From Podarcis vaucheri (lineage: Eukaryota), in assembly GCA_965113315.1 (NCBI GenBank), contig OZ220372.1: a stretch of 64,000 nucleotides of DNA; one strand, written 5' to 3'. Under the pieces are notes generated by a model that saw nothing but the letters and a program-made list of their open reading frames with translations, did not search any database and was not told the DNA's origin. Made by a program: the position numbers and the translations under genes. This document shows, piece after piece, positions 13,085 through 26,277 of the stretch (its first letter is position 1; every line of letters starts with the position of its first letter).

Positions 13085-15039
13085 TCTAGACAAACCTTCT
13101 AAATATGCTGGGGGGGGGGGTTAATAAAAAAGTGCCAGAAGGTTTTTTGTGTGGAAAGAGTATTCCATCATGGGAGGTGGTTATAGCCCAGAAATAGCCT
13201 CATAGCCTGTTTTTTCAGTAACTAGGTCCAAAAATAGCTCCTTCTTCTCTGCTTGCTTACGTTCCCTATGATGGGAACGTATAGGACCTGTATGCAACTT
13301 TTCACTTTAATTGGGCCCAGTAGATTTTTGAGCGAAAGGGTTCTGAAACAAGAATAAAACAGAAACTGGCATAGCTATTTCTCCCCTTTCACGTTGCTGT
13401 TGTGCTTGGGGGATGTCAGGAGCTTTTGTACAGAGTTCTAAATAGCACAAACCTTTTACCTCCAGAATACCTTATTAAATGTAAACAAGGAAGGACAGCC
13501 TTTCGTCTGTCTTAATTAAGTACTATACCCCAGCTTTAAGCATGAAAACTATTGAGGCAGCAAGAAATAAAAACAAGACAATAACAATGTGAATAAATGC
13601 ATCAACTTTAAAAACACACACAAACAGATTTACAATTTGGGTTTGTAGAATTGGTTGGAAATAACTGAATAAGGGACATAAATGTTTCAAGAAGTATAAA
13701 ACAATGTTAGCATATCATTTTCTGAAAGTGAGGGATTTGAACTTAAGGCAGGAATGCATAGTTGCCAAACTGAAATGACTGTGAGCAATGACTTCTAGTT
13801 TGTTGCACAACTGATGCTTCTCTTTTCTATAGTTAAAAATTTGTGGAAGGATTGCTGTGTTTGCAGTGCTCAATTTAAACAAGTTTTTTTTATTTTTAAA
13901 CAAAACCTCTTAAAATTTAGTTTATTCAAATTAGGTTTTCAGGTTTAATGCCTTTTATTTTTTAAAAAATGCACATGCACTATATCCTGTGGAAGCTTAT
14001 CTTACCATTTTTGTTAGAGGAAAACAGATTGTGGTGGGTTGTATTCAGCAATTTTCAGCTATTCCACCCCTCAAAAAAGTAATCTGCTCTGGAAGATCCT
14101 CCCACCCTCTGGATCTAATGTTGGGGGGGGGTAGAAATCACTGATCTCCATATTCCAGTTATGGCGGTATTTTTAAAAGCTGAAAATCATTATTGGCTAC
14201 CAGTTACTACTTGTACATATTTGCTACACATTCAATATATGCATTTCTGTGCTGTAATGATACCAGTCTTAAACTTAAACACAACAACACATGCATTACT
14301 ATGTTAGTATCATTGCTTTGGGGTCAGCTTGCTTTTTTCAGAATCTCAGCTTGGGTTTTTTTAATGCATCAATTGTATTTTAAAACACTTTTCGATTAAT
14401 CACAGACCGTCACAGATTTTACTCTTGCCTCCTTTAACACAGAGATATGTAAGCTTTAGTAGGTCTAAAAATGCTGAGATGTTAAGTTAGATGATTAGGT
14501 AATTGTAGGTATAATTTTCGGGTCTAATTTTTTTGCCAGTTCAGTGACATTTTATATACTTGGTCATAATTATGTAAGATCAGGTTTTATTTTTGTCCAC
14601 TTGAAATACTGAGAGAGCATATCTAAGATCAGACAGGGTGGTATTGGAGGATAAGCAATCTGTCTTAGATCACTGAGATTTTGAAAAAAGATTGAAGACA
14701 TGTCTATGAAATAGCACTTTTAATTGTGATTTAAATAGAGAACCGGACTTTCTAAGCCTCTTTTCAAGCTGGAGCAATGGCAGCCCTGCTGAAAGAGTAT
14801 TTCAAAGATTCAAGGTCATCCCCAGGCCATTTGAGGGAAATGTGAACCGTTTATTAAAATGAATGGAAGTTTAGTTAGCTTTTTTCTCTCCTGACAATAA
14901 ACCTTCTAAAGTAGAGTTTGAAATAATAATAGGCAAACAATTCACGGATAAGAAGTCTCAGGAGAGTAAGAAAAATGTTCTAATATTCTATTTTGTGTAT
15001 AAATAGTATAAAGTGTTTTTTTTCCTTCCTTTTCAACAG

Positions 15040-15063
15040 AGAAAAGGAGAGATCTACCAAATG
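15040..15063 (+). CDS. WASL: N-WASP exon 5 (24-nt microexon)
   Basis: Long polypyrimidine tract, caacag acceptor and gtaagt donor. Encodes (E)KRRDLPN(G). Confidence 0.95.
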
Positions 15064-15960
15064 GTAAGTGGTTTGTTTGTTTGTTTTTGCTTGCAGTAAC
15101 CATGAAGTTGTTTGATTGTTTCAACGTCGCTCACTTACTCCTAGCTTATCACTCATGAATGTAATGGCCTATCTGAACATCAGTGCATCTTTTAAAATTG
15201 TTAGTGGTTATGCTTTGATTAGCTGTGGGATTGCTTAGTGGTACTTTAAAATTGCAATGTAAACAGTACAGTAGAAGGCGAAAGCAGGAAGGCCTGAGAA
15301 TAAAGACCACTGACAACTGTGGATGTTGTAGTGGCAAACTCCTCTTCTTAGCAAATGCTGATTATGTGGGAATGACTTAGGAAGTCAGCTTTAAACCATT
15401 TGACATACTGACATTAGCTTTTCATCTGCAGAATTCACTCAGATGTTTTAGCTGCTAAGTCATGAGCCAGAATCATTTTAATTTTTGAGGGGGGATTAGA
15501 AATAGTGTTCTTCCTTTATTGGTACAAACCTCAACAGTTGTAGAATATTTTCACAAAGGTGCAATATATGATTTGTTTTAAAGTAGCTAAAAACCCACCC
15601 TATTGTTGAAGGGCTTGGTTAACATCGCAGAATAAAAATTGTAGGATTAAACAAATTGGCATTGCTGGTTATGTAAAATGCATTAGCCTGTAATTTCCTG
15701 GGATTTGTGTTTTTATTCATGTTGGTAATGGAAAAGTCTATTCAATGTTAAGGCAGTGAGCTGTAGATTTACTGACCTTCCATCATAATGGTTAGGATGA
15801 AAATGGGGATTTATCAGAATTAGTTTTAAAAGGGCTTGCCAGGAATCATGTGGCCCACTTTCATTTTAGCACATGAGCTGGAATCTGATTTAGTCTGCAG
15901 GAAGCTGCCCTCCAGCAGGCAGCAACTGAGGAATATAAAGGATTTCCACAAAACATTGCC

Positions 15961-16237
15961 ATGTTTTGTACCACGTTTTCGGAAAACGCTTCTGAGGATG
16001 TGAAAGATGTCAACATTAGTGGATGCTTAAGACCACTATATTGTCAAGTTCTTCCAAATGACGAACTTTATAGGCCGCTTTCGTCTTCACTGATCGAGCT
16101 CTCGACAGCTGATGGGGAAGGTGCTTGTGTTATGATGGGGAAAATTTTGTTGGATATAAATATGGCAGTGTTAGAAGAAAATGGAAGTCCCTTAGAGTCA
16201 TGTGTTCCTCGTGGACAACCCAAGCCTAATGAGAGTG
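15961..16237 (+). CDS. Candidate alternative first or cassette coding exon in WASL intron 5 (unverified)
   Basis: GCCATG start, 92 open codons, and a G|GTAAGC donor in phase 1 compatible with exon 6. TATAAA at 15934-15939. Confidence 0.35.
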
Positions 16238-17469
16238 GTAAGCATGCTTTTCATTGGCTGGTGGTACTTATTTCTGAGCAAGCATGCTTTTGATAGCACT
16301 GCTAAAGGGGGAAAAGCAGCATTAAAAATATATGTACAAACTGAGTGGTTTTTATGTAACATGGAAAAATATTATTTCTTCTACAATTCAAACTAGTAGG
16401 CATTATCCTCCATCTATAGCATTGAAAATATAGACCTCATAATGAATATTTTGTAACAGTGGTTTTTATTTTTATTTCTGTTTAATTTTACTTGTGGAAA
16501 CCATCAATTTTTAGCTGTCTCGATACGATACCCAAAAGTCAAAATCTAATCTAATTTGCAGATTATGGTAACCAAGAATAGCAAAATTATTAGACTCTTA
16601 TTTTATTGTGACATTTCCAAGAATTAGCTTGATTATATTTATATTGATTATATTGGCTCCTAGAAATAGGCAAACATCAGGTGTGCATGAAAGGTACACA
16701 TGGATTTACTACCAACATGTATTCTAGTAGCAACTTTGCGGAATACAGTTAAGACAGCAGCTTTCTTTCTTAGCAACGCTCTAGAAAGGCATAACCCAAT
16801 TCTCACCTCTATTACAGTTTCTTTAAAATATGTGGTCTCCTAAGACCTTCTGCTACACAGAGCTGCCTCACCATGGAAGATAACTTATGTACATTATTCA
16901 ACTTGCACCATGAATTTTATAAGGATTTCTTGCACATAAGAAATAATTCTACTGGTAGGCTCACATATTTAGAAGAGTAAGAAATATTGAGTAAGAAATT
17001 ACTCAATTTCTCAAGAAATTATAAGAGTAAGAAATTCTTCTCAAACATCTTGACACTTAAAATGTAGCCACTTATTTCTGTTGTAAAATGGTATAGAAAG
17101 ATTTGTCTTAATATTTTAGAGCTAGAGCTGTCACTGTTAGAAATCTGTTAAGCGACAGTTTTTGAAATGAGATTGGGGGATGGGAATATTGGGTTGAGAT
17201 GGTAGTGGGAGTACTATTGGGTTCAAAAAAGAATCTAGTGGGGAAATGTATTTACTTTTTCTACACTTAAATGAACCGTTTTGAGAGAATAATAAATGAT
17301 ACTGATTGAAATCTTCCGGCCCTCTGTATTGTGTGAAAAAACAACAAAGATTTTCCTAGGTATCATTTTGCTTTTAAAACATTAATCTATCCTTACTCTG
17401 TAATACTTGGAGTCCAGGAAACATAAGACGGCAGACCAAATTAATTTGAATCTATTTGCACTCCTACAG

Positions 17470-17638
17470 GTCCAAGTCTACCAATGGCAACTGTTGACAT
17501 CAAAAATCCAGAAATCACCACTAACAGATTTTATGGCTCACAAGTCAACAACATTTCATATACCAAAGAGAAGAAAAAAGCAAAAGCAAAAAAGAAGAGG
17601 TTAACAAAGGCAGATATTGGAACTCCAAGCAACTTCCA
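17470..17638 (+). CDS. WASL: N-WASP exon 6 (basic region, start of CRIB)
   Basis: 169 nt, (G)PSLPMATVDIKNPEITTNRFYGSQVNNISYTKEKKKAKAKKKRLTKADIGTPSNF(Q). Confidence 0.97.
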
Positions 17639-18705
17639 GTAAGAGCACCGTTTCTTTTTTATAACTTTCTACAGATAGGCACAAAAATTCAATTACTACA
17701 TTTGGGAAGAAAATCAGTTTGCGAGTAATACTAAATAGGTGCCCTTTTAAATATTTTCTCCATGGTAATTTGCCATTTTGGAAAAGGTGGTATTCAGTTA
17801 AGGTAGTTTAAGATGGACCACCCTTTAGGTGTTTTTTTTTTTGGGGGGGGGGTGTTTTAAAGCCCAGGGTAGCTTACACAATAAAACAACAATACAGTAA
17901 AACTCAGTATGAAAATCCTCCAAAAGCAGGAGAAACAAAGTATGATGATGAAATCCAGCAGAGCCAACAAAGCCATCAATTAAAATTGGCAGCTGTGACG
18001 TGCTGGAAAGTGTGAGCGAGCATGTCTTCTTCTAATACTGAAACATCACACAGCAAGCCTACCTAGGGAAGGAGATCTATAGATCTCCCAAAGGGCAGGA
18101 GTACTCTTGAGGATGGCTTCTGAGCATAACTGGGCACTTGTGGTAGAAGGTGTGGTCCTTGAGATACATGGTCCCTAACCATTTAGGGCACTCTGAATTG
18201 GTCCCAAAAATGAACCAACAGCCCAGTGGATTTGCACGAACACCATGGTGTTCCCTCTGAGTAACCTATCTATGTGTTCTGCTAACTAAGTGGCATCTCT
18301 GAAAAGTATTCACCTATGTGCAGGAATCTGATCTAGACATTTGGTTGTTTAAAGCATTTTTACCCTGATGAAAAGAGTTCGCTGAGTGACTTCCAAAGGA
18401 GAATTGCAAGACAGTCCCTTCCCTCAGCCATACAGATAACGACTTACATGTTGGGAGAGAGAAGGAAAAAGACACGCTCTGGCACTAGTTCTCAGTTGTG
18501 TATTTGGTTAGCTCCCAACAATCGAAACATCTTCTCTGGAGGAATGTTGGTTGACCTTACAGGGTGGCTCATCTACCTTCTCAAGCCTATCAAAAATCTC
18601 CCAATATCTCATTGGTCCCTCTATGGTCAGGATTAGCAAACACAGATAATTGTTGCCATTGAGGGTAAGATCTAGGTGTTTTTTAGCACTGGGAAATTAG
18701 AGGCA

Positions 18706-18832
18706 CCAGGGCTTTTTCTCAGATGGAACTTGTCAGAACTCAGTTCTGTCATCTCTCAGGTGGGTGCCATTGCCATTCTAAGAGAGGCGTTCATAGTGAG
18801 TTTCAGCACCTCTTTTTCTGGAAAAATAACAC
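18706..18832. mobile_element. Short interspersed DNA-transposon-derived repeat (related copies near 40925-41043 and 46085-46204)
   Basis: Shared core ctcaggtgggtgccattgcca...gttcatggtgagttccagcacctctttttctagaaaa in three copies, with CAGGGCTTTTT-like ends. Confidence 0.55.
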
Positions 18833-19550
18833 CAAGAGTTATTTAGTGACTGCAGTTGATAGGTACCAGATCGATTTGTATTTGTGTGTGTTGGTGTTTC
18901 GATGTTGTATCTATGTATATATTGTAAATTGTATAATGTTTTCCCCCCGATGGTTAATATGACCATGATGGTTGAAACAGCAATAAACAAACAAGCGGCA
19001 GATCATGTTTCATTGTACATGGACTTCAGATGTCCCAATAAAATACATACGGGTTAGGTTAAAGACCTTAACCAATCATAATACTAATAACAGAAGCAAC
19101 TTTCATTATGTATTCCATCATGTATGCATGGTGTCTTAGCTTTTGTTGTTGCATGCAAGCAGACTTTTTATACTGAGTAATTAAGTTTCCGCTGAGATCC
19201 TTTATTTAGATATCTCAGTCGGCAGACTTCCATGGCAATCAGCTTTTCTGTCACTATTAAGCTTATCCTGCAGTTACACAGGGCTGCACTGGGCACGTTC
19301 TTGATTTTCATGAGATGACAGTGAAATCCTACTGCTGTCCCAAGTGTGCATCTAGAACGTACCTCAGTCCGTTTTCACCATGCAGGGCAGTCACGAACAA
19401 ATGCTGAATATTCCTTGACATACACTTTGGTGTAGAAGGTGAAGCACCTTTCCATGTAGAAAGTTTGAAGCCCACTGTTATATTGTCGAGCATCCATGAT
19501 TTCTAACAGTGCTGTACTACTGAATGGTAAAGGTAAATGGTAAAGGACAT

Positions 19551-19886
19551 GGGGGTGGCGCTGTGGTCTAAACCACTGAGCCTCTTGCCAATCAGAAGGT
19601 CAGTGGTTTGAATCCCTGCGACCAGGTGAGCTCCCGTTGCTCTGTCCCAACTCCTGCCAACCTAGCAGTTTAAAACACACCAGTGCACATAGATAAATAG
19701 GTACCACTGTGGTGGGAAGGTAAACGGCATTTCTGTGCGCTCTGGTTTCCGTCACGGTGTTCCATTGCACCAGAAGCAGTTTATTCATTCTGGCCACATG
19801 ACGCCTGAAAGCGAGATGAGCACAGCAACCCCATAGTCGCCTTTGACAGGGCTTAACCGCCCAGGGGTCCCTTACCTTTTATCTTT
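19551..19886 (+). mobile_element. Sauria SINE
   Basis: tRNA-like head GGTGGCGCTGTGGTCTAAACC...GGTTTGAATCC, body GAGCTCCCGTTGCTC, tail GGGGTCCCTTACCTTT. Confidence 0.85.
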
Positions 19887-20334
19887 TACTATTGAATATG
19901 AATACGAAATAACACAGTAGTGAAACTTGTACCTGGCAAATGCAATTTAATGAAAACCCTTGTTTAATAAACACTGTCTCCATTATTATCTTAACTACTG
20001 AAAATGAAAAATGGACTTAATCAGTATAGTATGGCCATTTTTTAGGCTTCAGGGACTCTGTTTTTGAAATGTGCTAAAACTCTTAATTGAGATTGATACT
20101 GTTTAAAATTAAAATGCTATCAGTAGATCTCTTGGCATCGGCTATTTCAGAGAGTATGTGCAGAATCTGTGGAATCATTTAGGCACAGAACGCAGCTGTG
20201 TCTCCTCCGAACAATTTTCCATTTGTGTAAGTTGATCAATTCTAATGCAATAGTTTATCACCGTGAAGATTACGTGTTGAAATATGTAATACTCCTTATA
20301 TATTCTAATTTTGCATTTCGGTTTTTCCCTCTAG

Positions 20335-20377
20335 GCACATTGGACATGTTGGCTGGGACCCAAACACAGGTTTTGAT
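20335..20377 (+). CDS. WASL: N-WASP exon 7 (CRIB/GBD)
   Basis: 43 nt, HIGHVGWDPNTGFD, AG/GTAAGC. Confidence 0.97.
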
Positions 20378-20708
20378 GTAAGCAAGAATGAGGGTGGTTA
20401 ACTGTTCCAAAACTCCCAAGTGTTCTATAGTCTTACTATATTTATGTGAAACAAAAATTGAAAGGAGGGCAATTGTAATTCATACTTTTTTTTGTCATGA
20501 AGGTTTTTAAATTTGCCATGCAAGCCGATTTAACTAAGAATGCTTTGAGCTTCATGCCTGAAAACAGAAATCTTCCCAGAAACTATGCTACATCGTTGCC
20601 ACACAGCCCAAGGTTTTGTGTGGAGAAACTTTTCTAATAAAAGGATCTGTGTTTGCTGAACAAAACAAAACAAAAAGTAGCTTCTAACGGCTCTAATGTT
20701 TCCATTAG

Positions 20709-20862
20709 GTTAACAATTTGGATCCAGAGCTGAAAAACCTGTTTGACATGTGTGGAATTTCAGAGGCTCAGCTGAAAGACAAAGAAACATCCAAGGTTAT
20801 ATATGATTTTATTGAAAAAACAGGAGGTGTGGAAGCTGTTAAAAATGAGTTGCGTAGACAAG
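20709..20862 (+). CDS. WASL: N-WASP exon 8 (GBD, regulatory Tyr in KVIYDF)
   Basis: 154 nt, [51 protein letters not shown], donor G|GTGAGT. Confidence 0.98.
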
Positions 20863-23186
20863 GTGAGTCCTCGTGCCATCCACTCATGCTTTGTAATGCC
20901 TACAAAAATGAAGGGTTTGAGTCAAACTTCACTGTAGCTCCAAGTTCTACCTTCTGCACTCTTCCTGAGGCCTGAGAGGATGGGCTGAGGAAAGGGGATC
21001 AGCTAAACTCTTCTCCCTGCTGCCCCAATCCGTGGGAGCATCCCGTGAGCAGAACTCGGGATACTCCTGTAGGTGGGACCACGGTATGAATCCAGTCCAT
21101 TACATCAAGTTGAGATGTGCTTCTCCAGATTTTTTAAATGGATTTCTATTTGCACATTTTGTTAAACACACTTAATTTGAAATGGAATACGCTTCGCTTT
21201 GACAAAATCTCCGTGGCCAACAAACTTTTCTCTTTTAAACACCGCCCTGTATCTAAGCCAAAATGTTTAAAAATTGAGTCCCGAGCAGGGGGTATCCCAG
21301 GAGTGCATTACTCTGTAGAAATTGACTTCTCTGGGTTTGTTTGTTTTTGCAAGTAGCTGCAATGGCCAGCCATAATTGGAGAACCAAGAATTTCTGTCAC
21401 GATTCAATACTTACATGGTACCACCCATTTACTACATAGGTGCATGTGCCTCTGTAGCATAATTATTATGGGGTAGACAGCAGATGCTAGAGACCAACAG
21501 TTTCATGGCAGTGGATTAAAGAAAGTAAATGAGACTAGGATGCTTCAGAGAAAGTTAATATATGTTACATTTATGATCTAGGTCCGCCACTCTGGAGTGG
21601 TATGTATGAATTCTAATCTTCAGAGTTCTTCGCATTGCAGTGGTGTGTGATACACAATACCTACGCATTTGGGTTATAAAATACCAGATTTAGGAACTGA
21701 TACATCAATACATAATTTGTAACCATTTTATATAGTAAAAAGTTGTGGCTTTTTTCCCATTGGATATTACTGGTAAACAGTGCCCTGCAATTAATTTTTG
21801 TTAAAGTCACTAACCTGCTGCCCTTTGGTGCTTCAACCTATTGTATAATAAGCCTTATAAAATATATATCCTTGTTTGAAGTGTGTGTGTATGTGCTTTA
21901 AGATCTTAATTTAGCAATTTTGAACAAAGGGCTTCCTTGTTCTAATAGCAAGGGACCCCGTACTTACAAGTGGTTTTCTTCATCATGGCGAAGTAGAACA
22001 CATTTTACCATTTACTACCTCTTAATTGGGTTTTGGGAATGAACTGCCCTGTACTTGCTCTGAACACAGAGGTGTTTGACCACTGGTAGGGATTGTGTAC
22101 GGAGAAAGATTTGAGTCTTAAAGTGCAATCCTATGCAAGTCTGCGCTCAGAAGTAAGCTCAGTTGAGTTCTGTGAGATGAATAGGTATGAGACTGCAGCC
22201 ACAATCTTACGAAGCACTGAGGCCATTCACTAGCAAGGTGATTTCTTTGATGGTGACTGCAAGTAGCAGGAAATAATATTAGAGAGACCTTAATAATATT
22301 GCATGGTGATGCGTATTCCAGCCTTCCTCTTCCTCCTCTCACTGTTAAGGATGGGTGGAAGAGTCGAGCTGCCATTTTGAAATTTAAACAGAGAATGATG
22401 GCCTATATGTATATGTCAAGATTAACTCAAATATGCTAGTGCTCAAGATCAGGGTGAGCTAAGGCCTTAGTTCATTTGGCTACTTAATGTTCTTCCAAAA
22501 TGAATGCCTTTACACATATACCTATGCCTCAGTGGCCTCCACATTGAGATGATTTGCTGGATTTGATGTGGGGCTATGGTAAAAAGTTATTCAGAACCTT
22601 CCATTGATTATTATATGGAAGTGGGGATTAGGCCTGCCATCTGTATTGGATTCCCTGTTGCAGTAAAAATGTGCCTAAATCAACAAAGCCATGTTTGATT
22701 TGCTTTATAATGACAAATGAGCTATCTTGGGCAAAACTATATGTTGCCCATTTTCTAGTGTATGAAAACGTTTTACTCAATTTTTTGTAACAGTTGGGTA
22801 ACACAGCCAATTGGGAGCAATAGCTTTGTGTGAGGCGGAAAATTTTCAAATTTCAGTGATTCTAAAACACAGAGTATTAACCTTTCTATGGAGAAAGTTG
22901 GTTCCTTTTGGAAATGCTTTGCTTCTGTGCTAAAATTATCCTCTTAAAAGCTGTGAGTATAAAACTTCAGTGTTATGAAAGCCATGCATATAGACCGTCA
23001 CTTGTAAATATTGGCATTGACCTGTATAGACATTTGAGAACATGCATTCTTCCCCCCACCCCACTTTTTCCCTTTTGCTTGGTGTGCAGAGAGTGGTTTG
23101 TTGCAGTTGTGATGCTAGCTGGGTGAGAGACCAGATATGCTCAACTAGAAACAAAAAAAATATTTTTAACTGATAAAATGGTAGTA

Positions 23187-23705
23187 CAGTGGTAACTTGG
23201 TTTTCGAACATAATCTGTTCTGGAAGACTGTTCAAGTTCCAAAACGTCCGAAAACTCAATACAGAAAACTCTACGGAATCCACGTGGCATGTTCAGCAAC
23301 CGAGACGTGTTCAAAAACCTAAGCATTTACAGGTTTACAGCATTTGAAAACCGAAATGTTCATCAGCCTCTGTCCAGTATATCTGATGGAGCATCTCCAC
23401 CCCCATCGTTCTGCCTGGACACTGAGGTCCAGCGCCGAGGGCCTTCTGGCGGTTCCCTTACTGCGAGAAGCCAAGTTACAGGGAACCAGGCAGAGGGCCT
23501 TCTCGGTAGTGGCGCCCGCCCTGTGGAATGCCCTCCCATCAGATGTCAAAAGAGATAAACAACTCCCTAACATTTAGAAGGCATCTGAAGGCAGCCCTGT
23601 TTAGGGAAGCTTTTAATGTTTGATGCATTACGGTATTTTAATATTTTGTTGGAAGCCGCCCAGAGTGGCTGGGGAAGCCCAGCCATATGGGTGGGGTATA
23701 AATAA

Positions 23706-23753
<48 letters not shown>

Positions 23754-23786
23754 CAACAGAGACATTTGAAAACCTAGGTACCACTG
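23187..23786. mobile_element. Tc1/pogo (Tigger-like) MITE interrupted by an L2 3' fragment
   Basis: TA|CAGTGGTAAC left end and GGTACCACTG right end. The L2 piece at 23366-23747 lies between them. Confidence 0.7.
23366..23747 (+). mobile_element. L2-clade LINE 3' fragment with (TTA)n tail
   Basis: Encodes ...LHPHRSAWTLRSS...QRAFSVVAPALWNALP, then the cccagagtggctgggga...gggtataaataa 3' UTR and a TTA microsatellite. Confidence 0.85.
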
Positions 23787-24025
23787 TGCTGTCACTGCAG
23801 AAATATAGCATTGTGAACTGCCCTTTATTGATGCATATGCATGTCCTGAACTTATCACATCTGTGATGGAGGACAGACTACAAACTGAGTGAGGTTCCTT
23901 GGGGAGAAGGCAAAGGAACTGAGCTCTTCTGTAAATCAAAATGGTCTTTTTGATGCAGCTGTTGGTCATTAGGGGAAGCTATCCCTCTGTAAGTGACTAA
24001 GCACTTGTTTGTTTTTTGTTCTCAG

Positions 24026-24555
24026 CTCCTCCACCACCTCCACCATCCAGGGGCGGCCCTCCCCCTCCTCCTCCTCCCCCACCACCACATAGCTCGGGGC
24101 CACCTCCCCCTCCTATTAGGGGAAGGGGAGCTCCTCCACCACCTCCTTCAAGAGCTCCGACCGCAGCGCCACCCCCTCCGCCTCCTTCCAGACCTGGCGG
24201 TGCGGTGCCGCCCCCGCCCCCCAACAGGATGTATCCTCCTCCTCCTCCGGTTCATTCTTCCTCGGCCCCCTCCGGCCCCCCTCCTCCCCCTCCACCACCT
24301 TCGGGTGGTTCTTGTGTGCCTCCTCCTCCTCCGCCTCCCCCACCCCCTCCCCCTCCTGGTCCTCCACCGCCGCCCGGTGTCCCAGTCGAGGTTGACCATC
24401 AGCTTCCAGTTCCTGCAGGAAATAAAGCAGCTCTCTTAGATCAAATCAGAGAAGGGGCCCAGTTGAAAAAAGTAGAACAGAGCAGTCGTCCGGTCTCCAG
24501 CTTGGGAAGAGACGCGCTACTTGATCAGATACGGCAGGGTATACAGCTGAAGTCT
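24026..24555 (+). CDS. WASL: N-WASP exon 9 (polyproline region and two WH2 motifs)
   Basis: 530 nt, APPPPPPSRGG...NKAALLDQIREGAQLKKVEQSSRPVSSLGRDALLDQIRQGIQLKS, ctcag/gtgagt. Confidence 0.98.
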
Positions 24556-24600
24556 GTGAGTATCACTGGGTTTTTTGGTTCTTTAGTTCTGTGTAGTGTG

Positions 24601-25125
24601 TATCGTAGAATCGTGTTGGAAGGGATCCTAAGGATCATTCTGCCCAACCCCCTGCAATTCAGGAATCTCAACTAAAGCATCCATGACAGGTGGCCATCCA
24701 GCCTCTTCTTAAACGGCCTCGGTCCTGTATACCTGAAGGAGCGTCTTTACCCCCATCGTTCTGCCCAGACACTGAGATCCAGCACCAAGGGCCTTCTGGT
24801 GGTTCCTTCACTGCGAGGTTACAGGAAACCAGACAGAGGGCCTTCTTGGTAGTGGCGCCCACCCTGTGGAACGCCCGCCCTTCAGATGTGAACGAAATAA
24901 GCAGCTATCCTATCTTTAAAAGACATCTGAAGGCAGCCCTGTTTAAGGAAGTTTTTACTATTTAATGCTGTATTGTTTTTAACACTTGATTGGGAGCCGC
25001 TCAGAGTGGCTGGGGAAACTCAGCCAGATGAGCGGGGTATAAATAATAAAATATTATATTATTATTTATTTATTTATTTATTTATTTATTAAACATCTCC
25101 AAGGAAGGAGAATCCACAACCTCTG
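24601..25125 (-). mobile_element. CR1 LINE 3' end, split by an L2 insertion
   Basis: atcgtagaatc..ttggaagggatcc..ccaaccccctgc..ggccatccagcctc on one side and aaacatctccaaggaaggagaatccacaacctc on the other match the CR1 3' terminus in reverse. Confidence 0.65.
24711..25090 (+). mobile_element. L2 3' fragment with (TTTA)n tail
   Basis: ...QRAFLVVAPTLWNARP...IFKRHLKAALF followed by the family 3' UTR. Confidence 0.85.
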
Positions 25126-25410
25126 TAATATACTAATATATGTTTGTCACAAGAATTTCATTAATTGTCTTTTCTGTGTCAAATGTGAATTCCTAAAAAT
25201 GCCCTTGATTTTAAACCTTCGGCACTTTCTTCCACCTAAGTAGACTTTTGGTGATCGAGTAAAAGTACGAAGCGTAGAATAATCAGTCTGTCCTTGTTTC
25301 TGTTTACTTGAAGGTATGCTCTAGCCATTGGCTTCTCAGAAATTGAGTGCTAAATGTTCTAAGTTCTATGTACGCTTCTACATTTCTGTATTCAATCTCC
25401 TCCACCCCAG

Positions 25411-25519
25411 GTATCTGATGGGCAAGAGAGTGCACCGCCTACGCCTGCTCCCACCTCGGGTATTGTGGGAGCGCTAATGGAAGTTATGCAGAAAAGGAGC
25501 AAAGCCATTCATTCTTCAG
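25411..25519 (+). CDS. WASL: N-WASP exon 10 (central/cofilin-homology region)
   Basis: 109 nt, VSDGQESAPPTPAPTSGIVGALMEVMQKRSKAIHSS. Confidence 0.97.
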
Positions 25520-26277
25520 GTAGCGCATTAACTCAGTCTTTGTACGGCCATGTGCAGTTAGTTTCTTTGAATTAATACCCACGTTTATAACATGGATTAT
25601 AGCATCTATTCTATCTGCCGATATAATAATAATTAACAGAAAGGGATTATAGGCTTATCAGCAGTGTGAAGTTTTAAGAAAAACCTGTATTGAAAAATAG
25701 CCTTGTAGCAACTGTAAAAATTATATTAATCAACAGTTTACTAATTTATACAATTCTAGAACTGCTTGTCACAACCCACACAATGGATGTAATTTATGGA
25801 AGCTTGTTTCTGTTTCCATAAGCATCCCTTATTTAAAAAAAGAATAGGTTATTTGGTTATTCTCCTGTACCAGATAGATCGCTTATTTATTTGGAAGAAG
25901 TATATAGATAATAGTAGGAATATTACAGATATTTTGAAGCTGTCACTTAGGACTCAATACTGTGCCACCATCAAGAAAATCATATTTTGGCCAGCTGTTA
26001 TTACAAAAATCATGGGGTACGCATAAATAATATGCACTCTACTCTGAAGGAAAGTAATATACAATCACTATGCGACTTAGGACCTGGGTACTTAAATAGT
26101 CACAATCTTCACATACATGCCCAGGCATATTATTATTACTGTTATTGTTATTATTTCTTACTGTGCAAATGCCATTCAATACCAACTTAATGGGAGCTGG
26201 GGGCGGAAATGACAACACTAGCTTTTGCTGAATGTTTAGTTCTTGCAAAAATAACTTAATTTTTTTCTTATCATTAG

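Noticed and set aside
15870-16003. Acceptor ttcattttag|CAC as the start of the intron 5 cryptic exon
   Set aside because: In the exon 5 frame it reaches TGA near 16001, so it could only be a poison exon. There is no further support.
23993-24439. Overlapping alternative-frame and antisense Gly/His/Arg-rich ORFs
   Set aside because: These are shadows of the C-rich polyproline exon 9.
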